From contig NC_043000.1 in assembly GCF_006345805.1 (NCBI RefSeq), positions 80,166,001-80,230,000 on the forward strand: a stretch of DNA of 64,000 nt, read 5' to 3'. A program made the translations under genes and the position numbers. The DNA is from Octopus sinensis. Lineage: Eukaryota. The notes under the pieces are model-generated. The model did no database searches and was not told the origin of the DNA. It saw nothing but the letters and a program-made list of their open reading frames with translations. Below are positions 50,635 through 62,759 of the stretch, piece by piece. Within the stretch, counting starts at the first letter, position 1. The number at the start of each line of letters is the position of its first letter.

Positions 50635-52374
50635 GTAATCATTTTTTTATTTCGTATATTTTCATTTGACTTGCTCATTTTACATTCTGGTGTTTTGCTG
50701 AAATTTTTCTTGAGAACACGCTCTTCATGGTAATGTGACTTGACGTCTATCTTTAGCATATTAGGGGTCCACTTTGGTGGTCATTCCTCTTAATTTTATA
50801 TGTAATATATATATATATGTATGTATATTCTCTATATCAATTCAAAACATGTTTAGTTATTTGCATCATTATCTGTTTTTCACTATACACACACACACTC
50901 ACACACATGAGTGAGTGTGTGTGTATGTATGTAATATGAGATTGTGAATTAATGTTGACTTAATAACTCAAATAGTATAAAACAAAATAATTCAAAAATA
51001 TAAAAATTTCAATGAATATTGTTGATTGAATTTATTGAAGTTTTATCATTGTGCACTTTTAGACTCAGCATTTAGTTTCTGTGTGAAGCCACAAATATAC
51101 ATGGCAAAATTTTTTTCATTATATCTTGTCTATAAACACACTTTTAACATATCTCAGAGGAAATTCTAGAGCCAAATGACCTGGCAATGTTCAACTGACA
51201 GTTTATCTGATATCTATTTTGTAGGATGGAGAAGGGAAAAAGCTAAATGTTTGTTTGCCAAGACATGTCATCTGATGCTCAGACCTCATTATTCAGACAT
51301 AATACATACACAAAAAAAATACAAAAAAAACCCAAAAATGACAAGCTTCAGTCTTAGAATTTGCTGTTATCCATATCATTTGAATATATTAGATGAAGGA
51401 ATTGGTGGAGAGGCAGTGTTAGAATAAATGCCTTTTGTTGATATTTAGTGATGTTGCCTCATGTTTCAAGTTCAAATCTTGCTATGTTTCTCTTTGTCTT
51501 TCATTTTTGTGGGATTGAAAAAAAAAAAGTACCGGTGATATATATTCATTAATACTAGCTGGACCTGTGAAAACTTCAGGGAAAACAAAAATTGTAAGCA
51601 TCTGTAAATAGTGACTTTGTTTAATAACCAGTGAATAATTATGTATAAGCAGGACTCTGGGAAATTCTACGAAATACAAAACATGTAAGCATCTTTAAAA
51701 GTAGCATCAAATTATAGTGTAAAAAAGTAAAATATCCAATATTGGCTGAGGACCCAGTATACAGAATGCGGTAATTAATTATATTGTAGGAAAGTAAATG
51801 TAACATCCAATATTTGCTGTAGTTATGTATCTGTCTACTCTGAAAATACTGATAAACATTTAAAAACACAAAACAAACGCCACCTTCTTTTCAGTCACCA
51901 CTCACTCTCTCACTCTTTCTCTGTCTCTTTCATTCTGTCACTCATTTCAACTTTATCTCCTCTAATTAACACTTTTTATTTCTCTTTTTCTTTTTGACTC
52001 TCCCTTCGACTGCAGAAAAGTAACAGTAACATCCATAGCTATTTCCTGAGAGAGAGACAGACAAATGAAGAGAAAGAGTGTGTGCATTAGAGAGAGAAAG
52101 AGGCAAACAGACAGAATAACTGTCAGACAGATAGATAGATAAGCAACATTTCTTTTTTGCAATTTCCATATTTTCGATGGCTTTACCATATGTCGTCAAA
52201 ATTTAAAAGTTTTCCAGTGTTTTCTGTATGAGAATGGTTCCATTCTCTTTCACTATTATTTTCTATCCTCTCCCTTCCTTTACTCAATCTAACTCTCTAA
52301 ATCTCTCTCTTTTCCACTTCCTCCTCTATGTCTCCTTGCCTCCATCCTCCTGCATTTAATGCATTATATTTTTT

Positions 52375-52605
52375 ATTTCTTTATTGCCCATAAGGGGCTA
52401 AGCATAGAGGGGACGAACAAGAACAGCAAAAGGGATTGAGTCAATTACATCGACCCCAGTGTGTAATTGGTACTTAATTTATCGACCCCAAAAGGATGAA
52501 AAGTAAAGACAACCTCTGTGGAATTTGAACTCAGAATGTAATTACAGACGAAATATCGCTAAGCATTTTGCCTGGCGTGCTAATGTTTCTGCCAACTTGC
52601 CACCT
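52375..52605 (-). mobile_element. SINE family B, diverged
   Basis: Similar to 6088-6318. Confidence 0.75.
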
Positions 52606-55163
52606 TTTGCATTATATTTCTCTTACCTCTCATTGCTCTCATTCTCCTCTCTCTCTTTCTCACTCCTTGTTACTTCTTCCTCTCTGCCACTTCGCCTCTC
52701 ACTTCAACTTTATTTCCTTTGCTTCTGTCCCTCCCCTCTCTTTCGTTTTGCCACTCACTTCAACTATACCTCCTCTGCTTTACACCATTTACTTCTCTTT
52801 TACTTCTACCTCTCCCTTCAACCTTTTACCTCTTCCTTTGAAGTAAGTGTGACACACACCACAGGTACATACAAAAACAAAAAGTTAGCATATTAATATT
52901 ATTGATATTTTAAATTAAATAGTAAATAGTACTAAAATTCTTCAAGATGGTGCTCCAGTATGGCTGCAGTCTAATGAGTGAAACAACTAAAACAATTGGA
53001 AGATACAAAGTAAACAAAAGCAACTTTAGTTGTAGGTTTCCAATAAGCCAATCACTGGTTTGCTTACATTCTTGAAGACAATAGTCACAAGGAAGTATCT
53101 GTAGCTTGCTACAGAGCAAATAGCAAGAGAGACTTCATTTGAAAAGTGCTGGTCTTTCAGTTTTTACAACAATGTTTATATTCTTTGCCTATATACTCAT
53201 ATACAATTACATATAAATATACATGCAAATACACTTACAAACCAACATACATAGATACATTTGTATATACATGCATGCACACATGCATACATACATTCCA
53301 GTATGCATACATGCATACATAAATACATACATACGTTGCATACATGCATACATACTTATGTATATGAATACCAGTATGCATACATATATACATATCTTAC
53401 CTCTAAAGTAAGATTAGAAGTTTAGAGCTAATTAAAAGTGTAAACTAATCTGAGTCAAATTCTTTTGTGTAATTTTGATAAAATTAATTAACTACTTGTT
53501 AACTACAGAGTTTTTTTTTAGATTTAGGACGGGTATATTTTCTTTGATGTCTTCCAGTACTTTAAACTGTTTCTGTCTGTTCTGTTCATAGAAACATAAA
53601 ACCTGAACATTTTGTTTTCTGTTCTCAGAGATGTTACATTTGAAATGTTCTTTAAAACTATACAAATAAATTAGTAAATAATACAATAAATAAAATATAA
53701 ATATATAGATAAAAAAATGATAAAAATGTAGATGCTATCATTATTTTATATCTGTTTAATACTTTTATCCTCAAAAGAATTTTATATATCGTTTGTTAGT
53801 GATAAGGCATTTTGTTAATTTATTTTATTGATATCTACTACCTGTCTTTAGTATTTATTTGTATGTTCCTGGCAGTATGTATGTATATAAGTTTGTATGT
53901 ATGTATGTATGCATGTATGTATGCATGCATGTATGCATATATGTATGTATATATATATATGTACTTATGTATATATGTACGAATGTATGTATACACACGC
54001 ATACTCATATATATATAGTAGACAGACAGACAGACAGATAGATAGATAGATAAAGATGGACAGATGGATGGATAAACAGATAGATAGTTAGATAGGTAGA
54101 TAGGTAGATTGATAGATGTGTGTGTGTGTGTGTGTGTGTGTATTACAGTGGTGAATTAGAAGAATTATTAGCATGTCAGAACACCCCGTGGCCCTTTGCA
54201 TTCTGACAGTAACAACTGAAACTACACTGGTGCCTTTCCCGTGTGCATCATTGGTGGTGGTCATGTTAAGAAGTGATATTGGTATTCATCGCAAATGATG
54301 TTCTTCCATAAAAAAACTTTTCAGCTGCATTTCCAGATATGAAACATACAGAGACCTTGGACTTATTTATATATCTCAAACCTCTGTTGTATTTGTATAT
54401 AAAGCTTTGAGACAATATGTTTATGGATAATTTTGTATATAAATTTGATAAACATACATATAGGTACAAGTCTCAGCCGCATGATTCTGGATTCAGTCCC
54501 ACAACTATAGCCTTGGGCTGATGAGGCCTTGTGAATGGATTTTGTAGATGGAAACTGAAAGAAGCCTGTTGTATATGTGTGTGTATATGTGTGTTTGTGT
54601 ACGTGTTTGTGCATGTGTGTGCATGCATGCACGCATGTGTGTGTATGTGTGTTTGCTTGTGTCTCTGTTTTCCAACATTGCTTGACAGCTGTTTGAGTCC
54701 TCATAACTTAGAGGTTCAGCAAAAGAGACCGACAATATAAGAGCTAGCATGACCACAGTCAAATGCCTGAAACATGTAAATATTAAAGACACATTTAGCC
54801 AGAATGAATCAAAGAACAATGCAACTAGTTTTGCCTGGTTATTGCTAGCTCATCAGGAGTGTGAGAAAAGAGTTATATATGAACACTGCTTTAAACTACA
54901 AGTGCTACATTTAATTATTTGTAGTGGTGGGAGACACACACACACATGATTGGCTTCTTTCAGTTTCCATCTACCAAATCCATTCACAAGCCTTTGGTTG
55001 ACTTGAGGGTAAAATTGAAGACGCTTGCCCAATGTGCCATGCAGTGTAACTGAACCCAGAACCATGTGGTTGGAAAGCAAGCTTCTTACCACACATGCAC
55101 ATGTGTGTATATACACATGCACATATATTTGTATGCAAACATTCACACACACACCCACACACA

Positions 55164-55201
<38 letters not shown>

Positions 55202-55232
55202 ATTAGATGAAGGTAGTTATGGCTGCTCTATG

Positions 55233-55291
55233 GGGTTACACAGAGTCTCACGTCCATAAAGCACTTAGCTTTACAGCATCTCTTCAGACCC
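55233..55291 (-). ncRNA. Degenerate hammerhead (GAGA for GAAA)
   Basis: GGGT-CTGAAGA-stem II-GAGAC-TCTGT-GTA^ACCC; related relic at 1083-1199. Confidence 0.45.
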
Positions 55292-55330
55292 TAACAGAGA
55301 GGGAACTTTACTGATTTACTGACTATATAT

Positions 55331-55530
55331 ATATAGGAAAGGTAGAAGTTGACAATGCACTGAGAATAGTTAAAATATCTTTTATTAATATATTTAAAGC
55401 TTTAACCGGTTTCACAGTTTACAATGAATTTTGAAAATCAGTGTAAATTGTTAAACCATTTAAGCTTTAAATATATTAAAAAATATTTTAACTATTCTCA
55501 GTGCATTGTCAACATCTATGTTTCCTATAT
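55331..55530. repeat. Inverted repeat containing a hammerhead 3' half (GAAACCGGTTAAAGC, minus strand, 55399-55413)
   Basis: Arms are reverse-complementary with an about 20-nt spacer. Confidence 0.75.
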
Positions 55531-55560
55531 TCTACTCATGTGGGATAAAATAACTTTGTT

Positions 55561-55663
<103 letters not shown>

Positions 55664-55699
55664 TTATATATATATAAATTCGCTTCCTTCATTTTCCAG

Positions 55700-55896
55700 G
55701 CAAGTAGCATCGGTCAAATCTGTGATGTCCTGTGTAGTCCATGGTTTACGCACACGTCGGGAGAGTGCCACTCTTGTACATGAACACTCCAGTCGATCTC
55801 ACTTAGTTGTAACATTGTTGATTACTACTAACGACACCACACGTGCTTGGCATACAGATCCTGCAACATCTGATTGGTCGAGTTCAGCAATCAGCT
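55700..55896 (+). CDS. KIF25: Internal exon of a kinesin motor-domain gene, KIF25-like
   Basis: Acceptor TTCCTTCATTTTCCAG (AG at 55698-55699), donor GTAAGT at 55897. Open frame QVASVKSVMSCVVHGLRTRRESATLVHEHSSRSHLVVTLLITT contains switch I SSRSH; TLVHxxSSRSHL matches my recollection of KIF25. Kinesin identity is firm; the subfamily is less certain. Confidence 0.8.
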
Positions 55897-56389
55897 GTAA
55901 GTATACATGTAATCCAGTTTATAGTCAACACTGATTTATTGTTTCACCCCCTCTCCCCACTAACCACACGGAACGATAAAAATCCGCTTATCCTATCATA
56001 TCATCATAAAACCTAAATATTACTTCAATATGTCTTGCTTCAGTAAGTTCTTATTCAACCGGAACCAAAAATCCAATCTGTTTTGAAAAGTCTATCAGTG
56101 CTGCTAGGGAATCTTATGTATTTTGATGTTTACACAAATTCAACCTTGACCAAAAGCATTTTTGCAATAATATTTACATCATCACATGTTCCACTTAATA
56201 TAAGAGTATTTCTTTTATTAATAGCACATTGCTTGGATAACCTTGTTTGCCATTCACCAATTTACAACTATGTTTTTATGTTTATTCATCTGTCTATCTA
56301 TTGCTCTCTTTCTATTTCTCTGTGTATATATACTTATATTCTTTTATTTGTTTCAATTATTTGACTGGAGCACCACCTTTACATATACA

Positions 56390-56471
<82 letters not shown>

Positions 56472-56492
56472 AACATATATATATATATATAC

Positions 56493-56523
<31 letters not shown>

Positions 56524-56740
56524 CAAACATATATATATATATATACACATACATACATATATATATATATATATATGTATACACACATGCACACACACAG
56601 ACATATGTATATATATGTATGTACACACACACACACACACACACACACACTCATGCACACAGAGACATATATATAAATGTGTGAGTTTGTAAATAGGTAC
56701 ATACATATGCATGTCCATGTAGCAGTCTGTGAATATACAG

Positions 56741-56776
<36 letters not shown>

Positions 56777-56934
56777 AGAGAGATAAAGAGAGAGTCAGAG
56801 TGATATAGATAGTTATGGACATATGTAAACTGGTGAATACCAAACAGGATTAGCTAATCACATGACAGTTGGAATAAGTGTCTTCATTCCTAGCCCTGGG
56901 TCCAACAATTCTTATGGATAGAATGTTTGTAAGC

Positions 56935-57060
<126 letters not shown>

Positions 57061-57251
57061 ATTTATCAATCTATCCAGCCATTTCTTTATATAGGCACAG
57101 GTGTGGTTGTGTGGCAAGAAGCTTGCTTCCTAATTACATGGTTTTGGGTTCAGTCCTACTGTGTGACATGTTGGGAAAGTGTCTTCTAATATAACCTCAG
57201 GATGACCAAAGGCTTGTGAGTGAAACTGAAAAAAGTCCATCATATATATAT

Positions 57252-57316
<65 letters not shown>

Positions 57317-57326
57317 AGTATATATA

Positions 57327-57381
<55 letters not shown>

Positions 57382-57383
<2 letters not shown>

Positions 57384-57454
57384 ATATGTTACATTTACTC
57401 AATAGTCAAGATAAAACTCTGAGTTTCTTTTGTTATCTTACCGTTTTTACCAAT
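57382..57454 (-). mobile_element. 73-bp internally deleted derivative of the PLE at 36362-37245
   Basis: Joins sequence matching 36362-36408 to sequence matching 37216-37245 at a shared TTTC. Confidence 0.75.
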
Positions 57455-57487
57455 ATATATATGTATATGTATATGTATATCTATATA

Positions 57488-57639
57488 TAACATTAATCAT
57501 GATAGGGAGAATGGAGATTTTTCACATCCATAAATTTTATTTTAACAGTTATTTACAGCACATTCTCCAGAGAAAATAACTGTTAAATAAAATTTATGGA
57601 TGTGAAAAATCTCCATTCTCTTTATGATTATTAATGTTA
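57488..57639. repeat. Hairpin inverted repeat, about 65-bp arms
   Basis: GAGAATGGAGATTTTTCACATCCATAAATTTTAT / ATAAAATTTATGGATGTGAAAAATCTCCATTCTC. Confidence 0.9.
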
Positions 57640-58765
57640 TTAATTACTCTACGGAACATATGCAATCTTGAACAAGACACACAGAATTACCCTAGAGAAG
57701 TTACCAGTGCTTGACAACTCGTTGTTAGCTCATATATTATATATGAACCGATGTGGTTAGCCAGCATCTGAAACTGCGTTGAGAGAAAACATGGTACCCA
57801 CCACAATAATATATCACCTTTAACCTATTTTTGAAGTGTGTATGTGTGTGTGTGTATGTGTGCTTGACAACCAGTGTTGGTGTGTTTACTTACCCATAGC
57901 TTAGCAGTTTGGCAAAAGAGACTGATGGAATAAGTACCAGGCCTTGCAAAACATAATAAGTATTGGGGTCGATTCATTCAGCTAAAACTTCTTCAAGGCA
58001 GTGCCCCAGCATGACCACAGTCTAATGACTGAAAGAAAGAAAAAGAAATGAAAAGATAAAAAAGATGTACATACATACACATAATGTTTCTCTCTGCCCT
58101 CCCCCACCACCAGCGACTGCATCATATTTACTACTTCTGTTACTCACTGGGGAGACAGAGGGATGTGGAAGACTGCATCTCTCTATCTCCCCAGTTCATA
58201 GTTTTATATCATTCACCCTTCAATCCTACCTGTTTTTAGCAGTCAGTCTCCAACCCCTCATTCACTTTTCCAATCTTGCAAACCACTCACCCATCCACTT
58301 CTACTCACTTTGTGCCTTTTAGGGCCCACCAAGACACCTTATTTTCATTGTCTATCTCTTGCAATTTCTACTGACCTTTTTCCCTTTCTCTTTTTTTCCT
58401 CCTCCTTTTCCCTCTACTAAATGCGAGGAGCTATGCAGATCCCTCAGAAAGAACCTGTTCTTCCTCCTTCTCTCATAATTTCTTTGTCCCTAGCATGGAG
58501 ACGACCACACACCAATTCCCCCAGTGCTCACAGTCTCATGAACCACATGGTGAACTCAGTAGTGTAGGTGGCACAAAAAAAAAAAACACCTAGGCTACAC
58601 CATAAATTGGTTGCCATTAGGAAGGGTATCTAGCTATAAAAACTATGCCAAGTTAGACACTGGAACTGCATGCATTCCTTGGAGACATTCAGATTTTGTC
58701 AAACTGTCCACCAATGCCAGCAAGGAACATGGATGTTAAATGACGATCTCTATATATTACGGATG

Positions 58766-59291
58766 ATTATGGTCACTGTCAGTATGTATGCATACAATTA
58801 TGTGCTTTGACTGCAGCATTAGAGCACTTTAGCTCTTATTTCTAGCATTGTTATGTTCTGACACCCTCAGTCATATTTCATGACAATTATAGTTTTCCTT
58901 TTTGGTAACACTTTGCTAAACCCCTGCCTGCATTAGTTATTTGTATACACATTAACGATTCGTTAAATCATCCATAGATTTCTATGATGTGGTAACATAT
59001 ACTGATGACAGTTTTGTCCAAAATCAGCCAAGTTGAGCCGACCCTACTGGTGTAAAGTTGAAACTGTCTAGTTAGTATAGGGATATTTCGACTGCTGCTT
59101 TCAGGCAATTATGATCGATGTCAGTATGTATGTATACTGTTACGTGTTTTGACTGCAGCATTAGGGCACTTTAGCTCTGATTTCTGGCATTGTAGATGTT
59201 CAAACACCCTCAGTTATATTTAATGACAATTATAGTTTTCCTTTTTGGCAACATATTGCTAAACTGCTGTCTACGTTAATTATTTTTACAT
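58766..59291. repeat. Diverged direct repeat, period about 342 bp
   Basis: 58766-58949 recurs at 59108-59291. Confidence 0.8.
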
Positions 59292-59310
59292 GTGTGTGTG
59301 TGTGTGTGTA

Positions 59311-61310
59311 CACTGAACAGCAAAAAGAAACACGAGACATGTGTGACTGTGAAATATGTTTTAATTTCATGTCAGAGATAAATTTTGATAAATCTGATAA
59401 AGTCAATTTCTTGAATGCACTTTAACCACAGTTTATGGGTTGTTGCCATGTGTTCTGGTAGTGGGTGGATCCAGCACATCGAGACTGAAGGGCGTAACAT
59501 GTTCAATACTGTGTATACCCTCCCTGGGTGTTTGAAACAGCCATACACTATCGGTATACGGAGTGCATGAGGCAGTTTGCAAAAACCATTGACACTTGTG
59601 CCCACACCCTGAGGAAAGCTGCCTCCAGTTCCTCATGAGTTGTTAACCTTGGTATCACCTGGCTCAGCCATCTCTGGATTTCATCCTGCAGATGTTCAGT
59701 TGGGTTTAAATCTGGGCTGAGAGCCAGTCATGGCATGGTTCTGATGTTGTGCTGATGCAGGAAGTCCATGGTGATCCTGGACATGTGGGAGGGAGAATTG
59801 TCCTGCTGAAACATGTGGCTATCATCATCATCGTTCGACCATGGTCGAGACAATGGAATTTACCATGCTACGCCAGACTTCACGGTCCATCATGGCATTA
59901 CGGAGGTCCTGTTGCTGGATGCCTGTATCCCTGGAGATTACATCAGGGTAGGAGAGTGTGCGCCCTCTGGTATTGCGAGTAGATGGCTTCCAGAGGAGAA
60001 GAGTAGAAATTGTCTCGTTTTCAGCTCTACAACAATGTCCAGCAAACTGGACTCTCCTACCTTTCACAAGAGATGACACAGGTGGTAGTTTCCCATATAT
60101 TTGCATTTTGGTTGGATGACACTTCCACGAGAGATTTTGAGCTCCCATAAGGAGGCGAGTGTAGGTTCCATCCAACTGCCTCTCAAGCTTCTTTGATAAC
60201 GTCCAGGTTTCTGAGCCATATAGTAGAATTGGTTCGACTGTGGCTTTGAAGATTTCAAGTTTGAAGTCTCTACTTAGATTTGATGTGGCTATGGTGATGC
60301 ACAAGGAAGGGCATGATGTGAGGTCTTAGGATCTGGTCAATGTAGCACTGCACTGTGATGCCATTCCCTTTGCCTGCACCAATATTTTGGAACACATGGG
60401 ACCCAATTCTCTGATTCAGGCCTATATCACCCCAAACCATGATGCTTTGACCACCCCATGTGTCTCTCTCCATGACACATGCATCTCTGTAGTGTTCACC
60501 CCTCCTATGCCACACCCTAATTCTGCCTGCATCTGAGGTGGAAATGCAGTACTGGCTCTCGTCAGATCTGCATTGTTGATGCTGCCAATATCGGTGCTGT
60601 GTAGCCCACTGAAGTTGGGCCTGATAGTGGTGGGTGATGAGGACAGGCCTTTGAGCAGAACAATGGCAATGCAGGTTGCTAGTGGCTGGGCAACGTTGTA
60701 CTGTGTCGTTGCTGATGAGTTGCTGTCCAGTGCCTATGGTCTTGCAAGCTGTCACACTGGCTGGTCTGAAGTGATCATGGAGGTGTTGCAGGTGGATAAA
60801 GTGGTCCTACCTGGGCATGGTCACCCAGAGGGGCCCTCTGCGGGCATGGTCTGCAGTGCTGTTGGTATTGTTGTAGCACTGTTGCAAGCAATAGGTGGTG
60901 CTGATATGGACATTGTATGCTTTTGCAACAACCAGGGCACACTGCTCTGCTTGCAATCAGCCAATAGCTTGTTCTCTCTGCATTGTTGACAATTGGTTAA
61001 TACCTGAAGCATCCAAATTATGTATGCTAGGAACATGGTTCAAGTTGATTTTTATACTCATAACCTCCGTGAGATGCATGTGCATGTTGGTTTCTATGAC
61101 AATTGTTTGTGACTACCACCTACGGCATTCAACACAGCTGTATTTTGGTGTCTCAATTCAAATAAATTTTAAAGGTTACCTGCAATTTGGGTCTCGTCCA
61201 TAAACCAGCATGTCTTAGAATATTTATACTTACATACTTGAAATAACTTTTCAGAATTTACCATATAAAAATGACATTTGAAAATATTGCGTTTCTTTTG
61301 CAATTCAGAA
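59311..61310 (-). mobile_element. Full-length degenerate Tc1-like transposon interrupted by an RTE fragment
   Basis: TA-flanked imperfect TIRs; motifs SDES..GRIRVW, GGQSIMVWG, FQQDN...SPDLNPTEH. Confidence 0.9.
59823..60282 (-). mobile_element. 5'-truncated RTE LINE insertion
   Basis: PILLYGSETWTL...RRVQFAGH...DREVWR, a (TGA)n tail, and the 10-bp TSD ATGTGGCTAT (59813-59822 / 60283-60292). Confidence 0.9.
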
Positions 61311-61318
61311 TATATATA

Positions 61319-61354
<36 letters not shown>

Positions 61355-61530
61355 CAAAGTATTTATTTTTATAAATATAATTATAAAAGTAGTTTTAGAG
61401 CCATTTGGCATCTTCTAGCATGTCGCATTACTTGGTAGTTGCCCTTATAATTTTATAATTGCATTTATAAAATTAAATACTTTGTATTAATTTTTACTTC
61501 AATCGGTATTTTACATGCTAGCTACTTGAT

Positions 61531-61562
<32 letters not shown>

Positions 61563-61757
61563 TTTTTTTTGTCAAGCGTCTTATTATTTTCTATGACTTT
61601 GTTTTAATTTGCAGCAAATTTACCCCTGAGTAAAGAAAGGGGTAGAACCACCCCACCAAATGTTTCTTCACCCAACCCCAGTGTTATTAAAACTAAACTG
61701 CAGCTTGTAGATTTGGCTGGAAGTGAATGTGTTGGTGAGTAGAACAATGTATTTTTG

Positions 61758-61796
<39 letters not shown>

Positions 61797-62759
61797 GTAT
61801 TATTACTATTGTTATACTTTCAATTGGAAGGCTAGAACATAGGTGGAAGCTTGACAGGTATATCAAAACTACTGTTTTCATTGATATTATTATTTAAAAG
61901 GGAGCATAAGACTATAATCTTTGCCCCCAGAAAAAGAACTGAATAATATTTGGGCCTTGTGCCCAAATATAAGTATTTGAAATTGTTATTTGTGAAATAT
62001 TTACCCATTCGCAAGCGTGGAGAGGCATTACTTTCTAATGCAAAATAAACCAGTTTGTGATAGCAGGAAACGTCATGAAAATATAATTTTCACTGACACA
62101 AGTAACAATTATGAGGACAAAACTGATAATGAATCCAAACGAACCACAGGCTCTATGGACAGCAATAAAATTAACCACAAAGACCAAAGAAGTATTATGA
62201 CAGAGAAAAATGACACAATGGAGTACACACACTCACTCAATAGTCGTATAGACAACACACATGTAACTGCCAACTCCCCAAACAGAAATAATGTGGAAAA
62301 TACCATGATAACTGATATCAACACAGACAACATCAGCTACAGCAACATGGAGTAGGGAAGCTTAACAGAAAACAATAACCAAATGAATAACAACAAAAAC
62401 ATCGAGAATACAACCAATACCAACGTCAACACAAGCAACGGAGGGGAGGGGTGTATTTAGAAGTAACAATAGCTATGACAACGTGAATGATCCCATCACC
62501 ACCCTCAACAGTGATAGCAGAACAAGTACTTTTGCAGCAGCAGCTGTGAAATGCCAACAAAAGTACTATGAGATGTTAGCCATGGCCCACAAACTCATAA
62601 AAAGAGATAAAAACCTGGGCAAACCTTGCAATCTCAATTGAAGTGGAGGCAGAAATTGAGAAGAGGACAGTAAAGTATAAGTGCATCTAGGTGCAGTCTT
62701 GAAGAGCAGAACCCTTCCACCTTCATAAGGAGATGGCATTGAGATCAGTCTGAGAGATG

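Noticed and set aside
53492-53686. Minus-strand ORF FKEHFKCNISENRKQ...
   Set aside because: AT-rich, with no recognisable domain or convincing donor site.
57735-57785. Possible hammerhead (GATG..CATC-T-GAAAC-TGC-GTT)
   Set aside because: The core reads ATGAACC and stem I does not form adjacent to it.
58495-58550. Phase-compatible next kinesin exon (SWRRPHTNSPSAHSLMNHM)
   Set aside because: Weak donor, abuts a SINE, and no conserved kinesin residues to validate it.
61400-61440. CTAGAAGA-TGCC-AAAT-GGC-TC-TAAAAC on the minus strand as a hammerhead
   Set aside because: Both core halves are altered and stems I and III are absent.
62017-62355. 112-aa N/T/D-rich ORF as a host gene
   Set aside because: Low complexity, followed by stop-interrupted similar sequence; more likely a decayed retroelement region.
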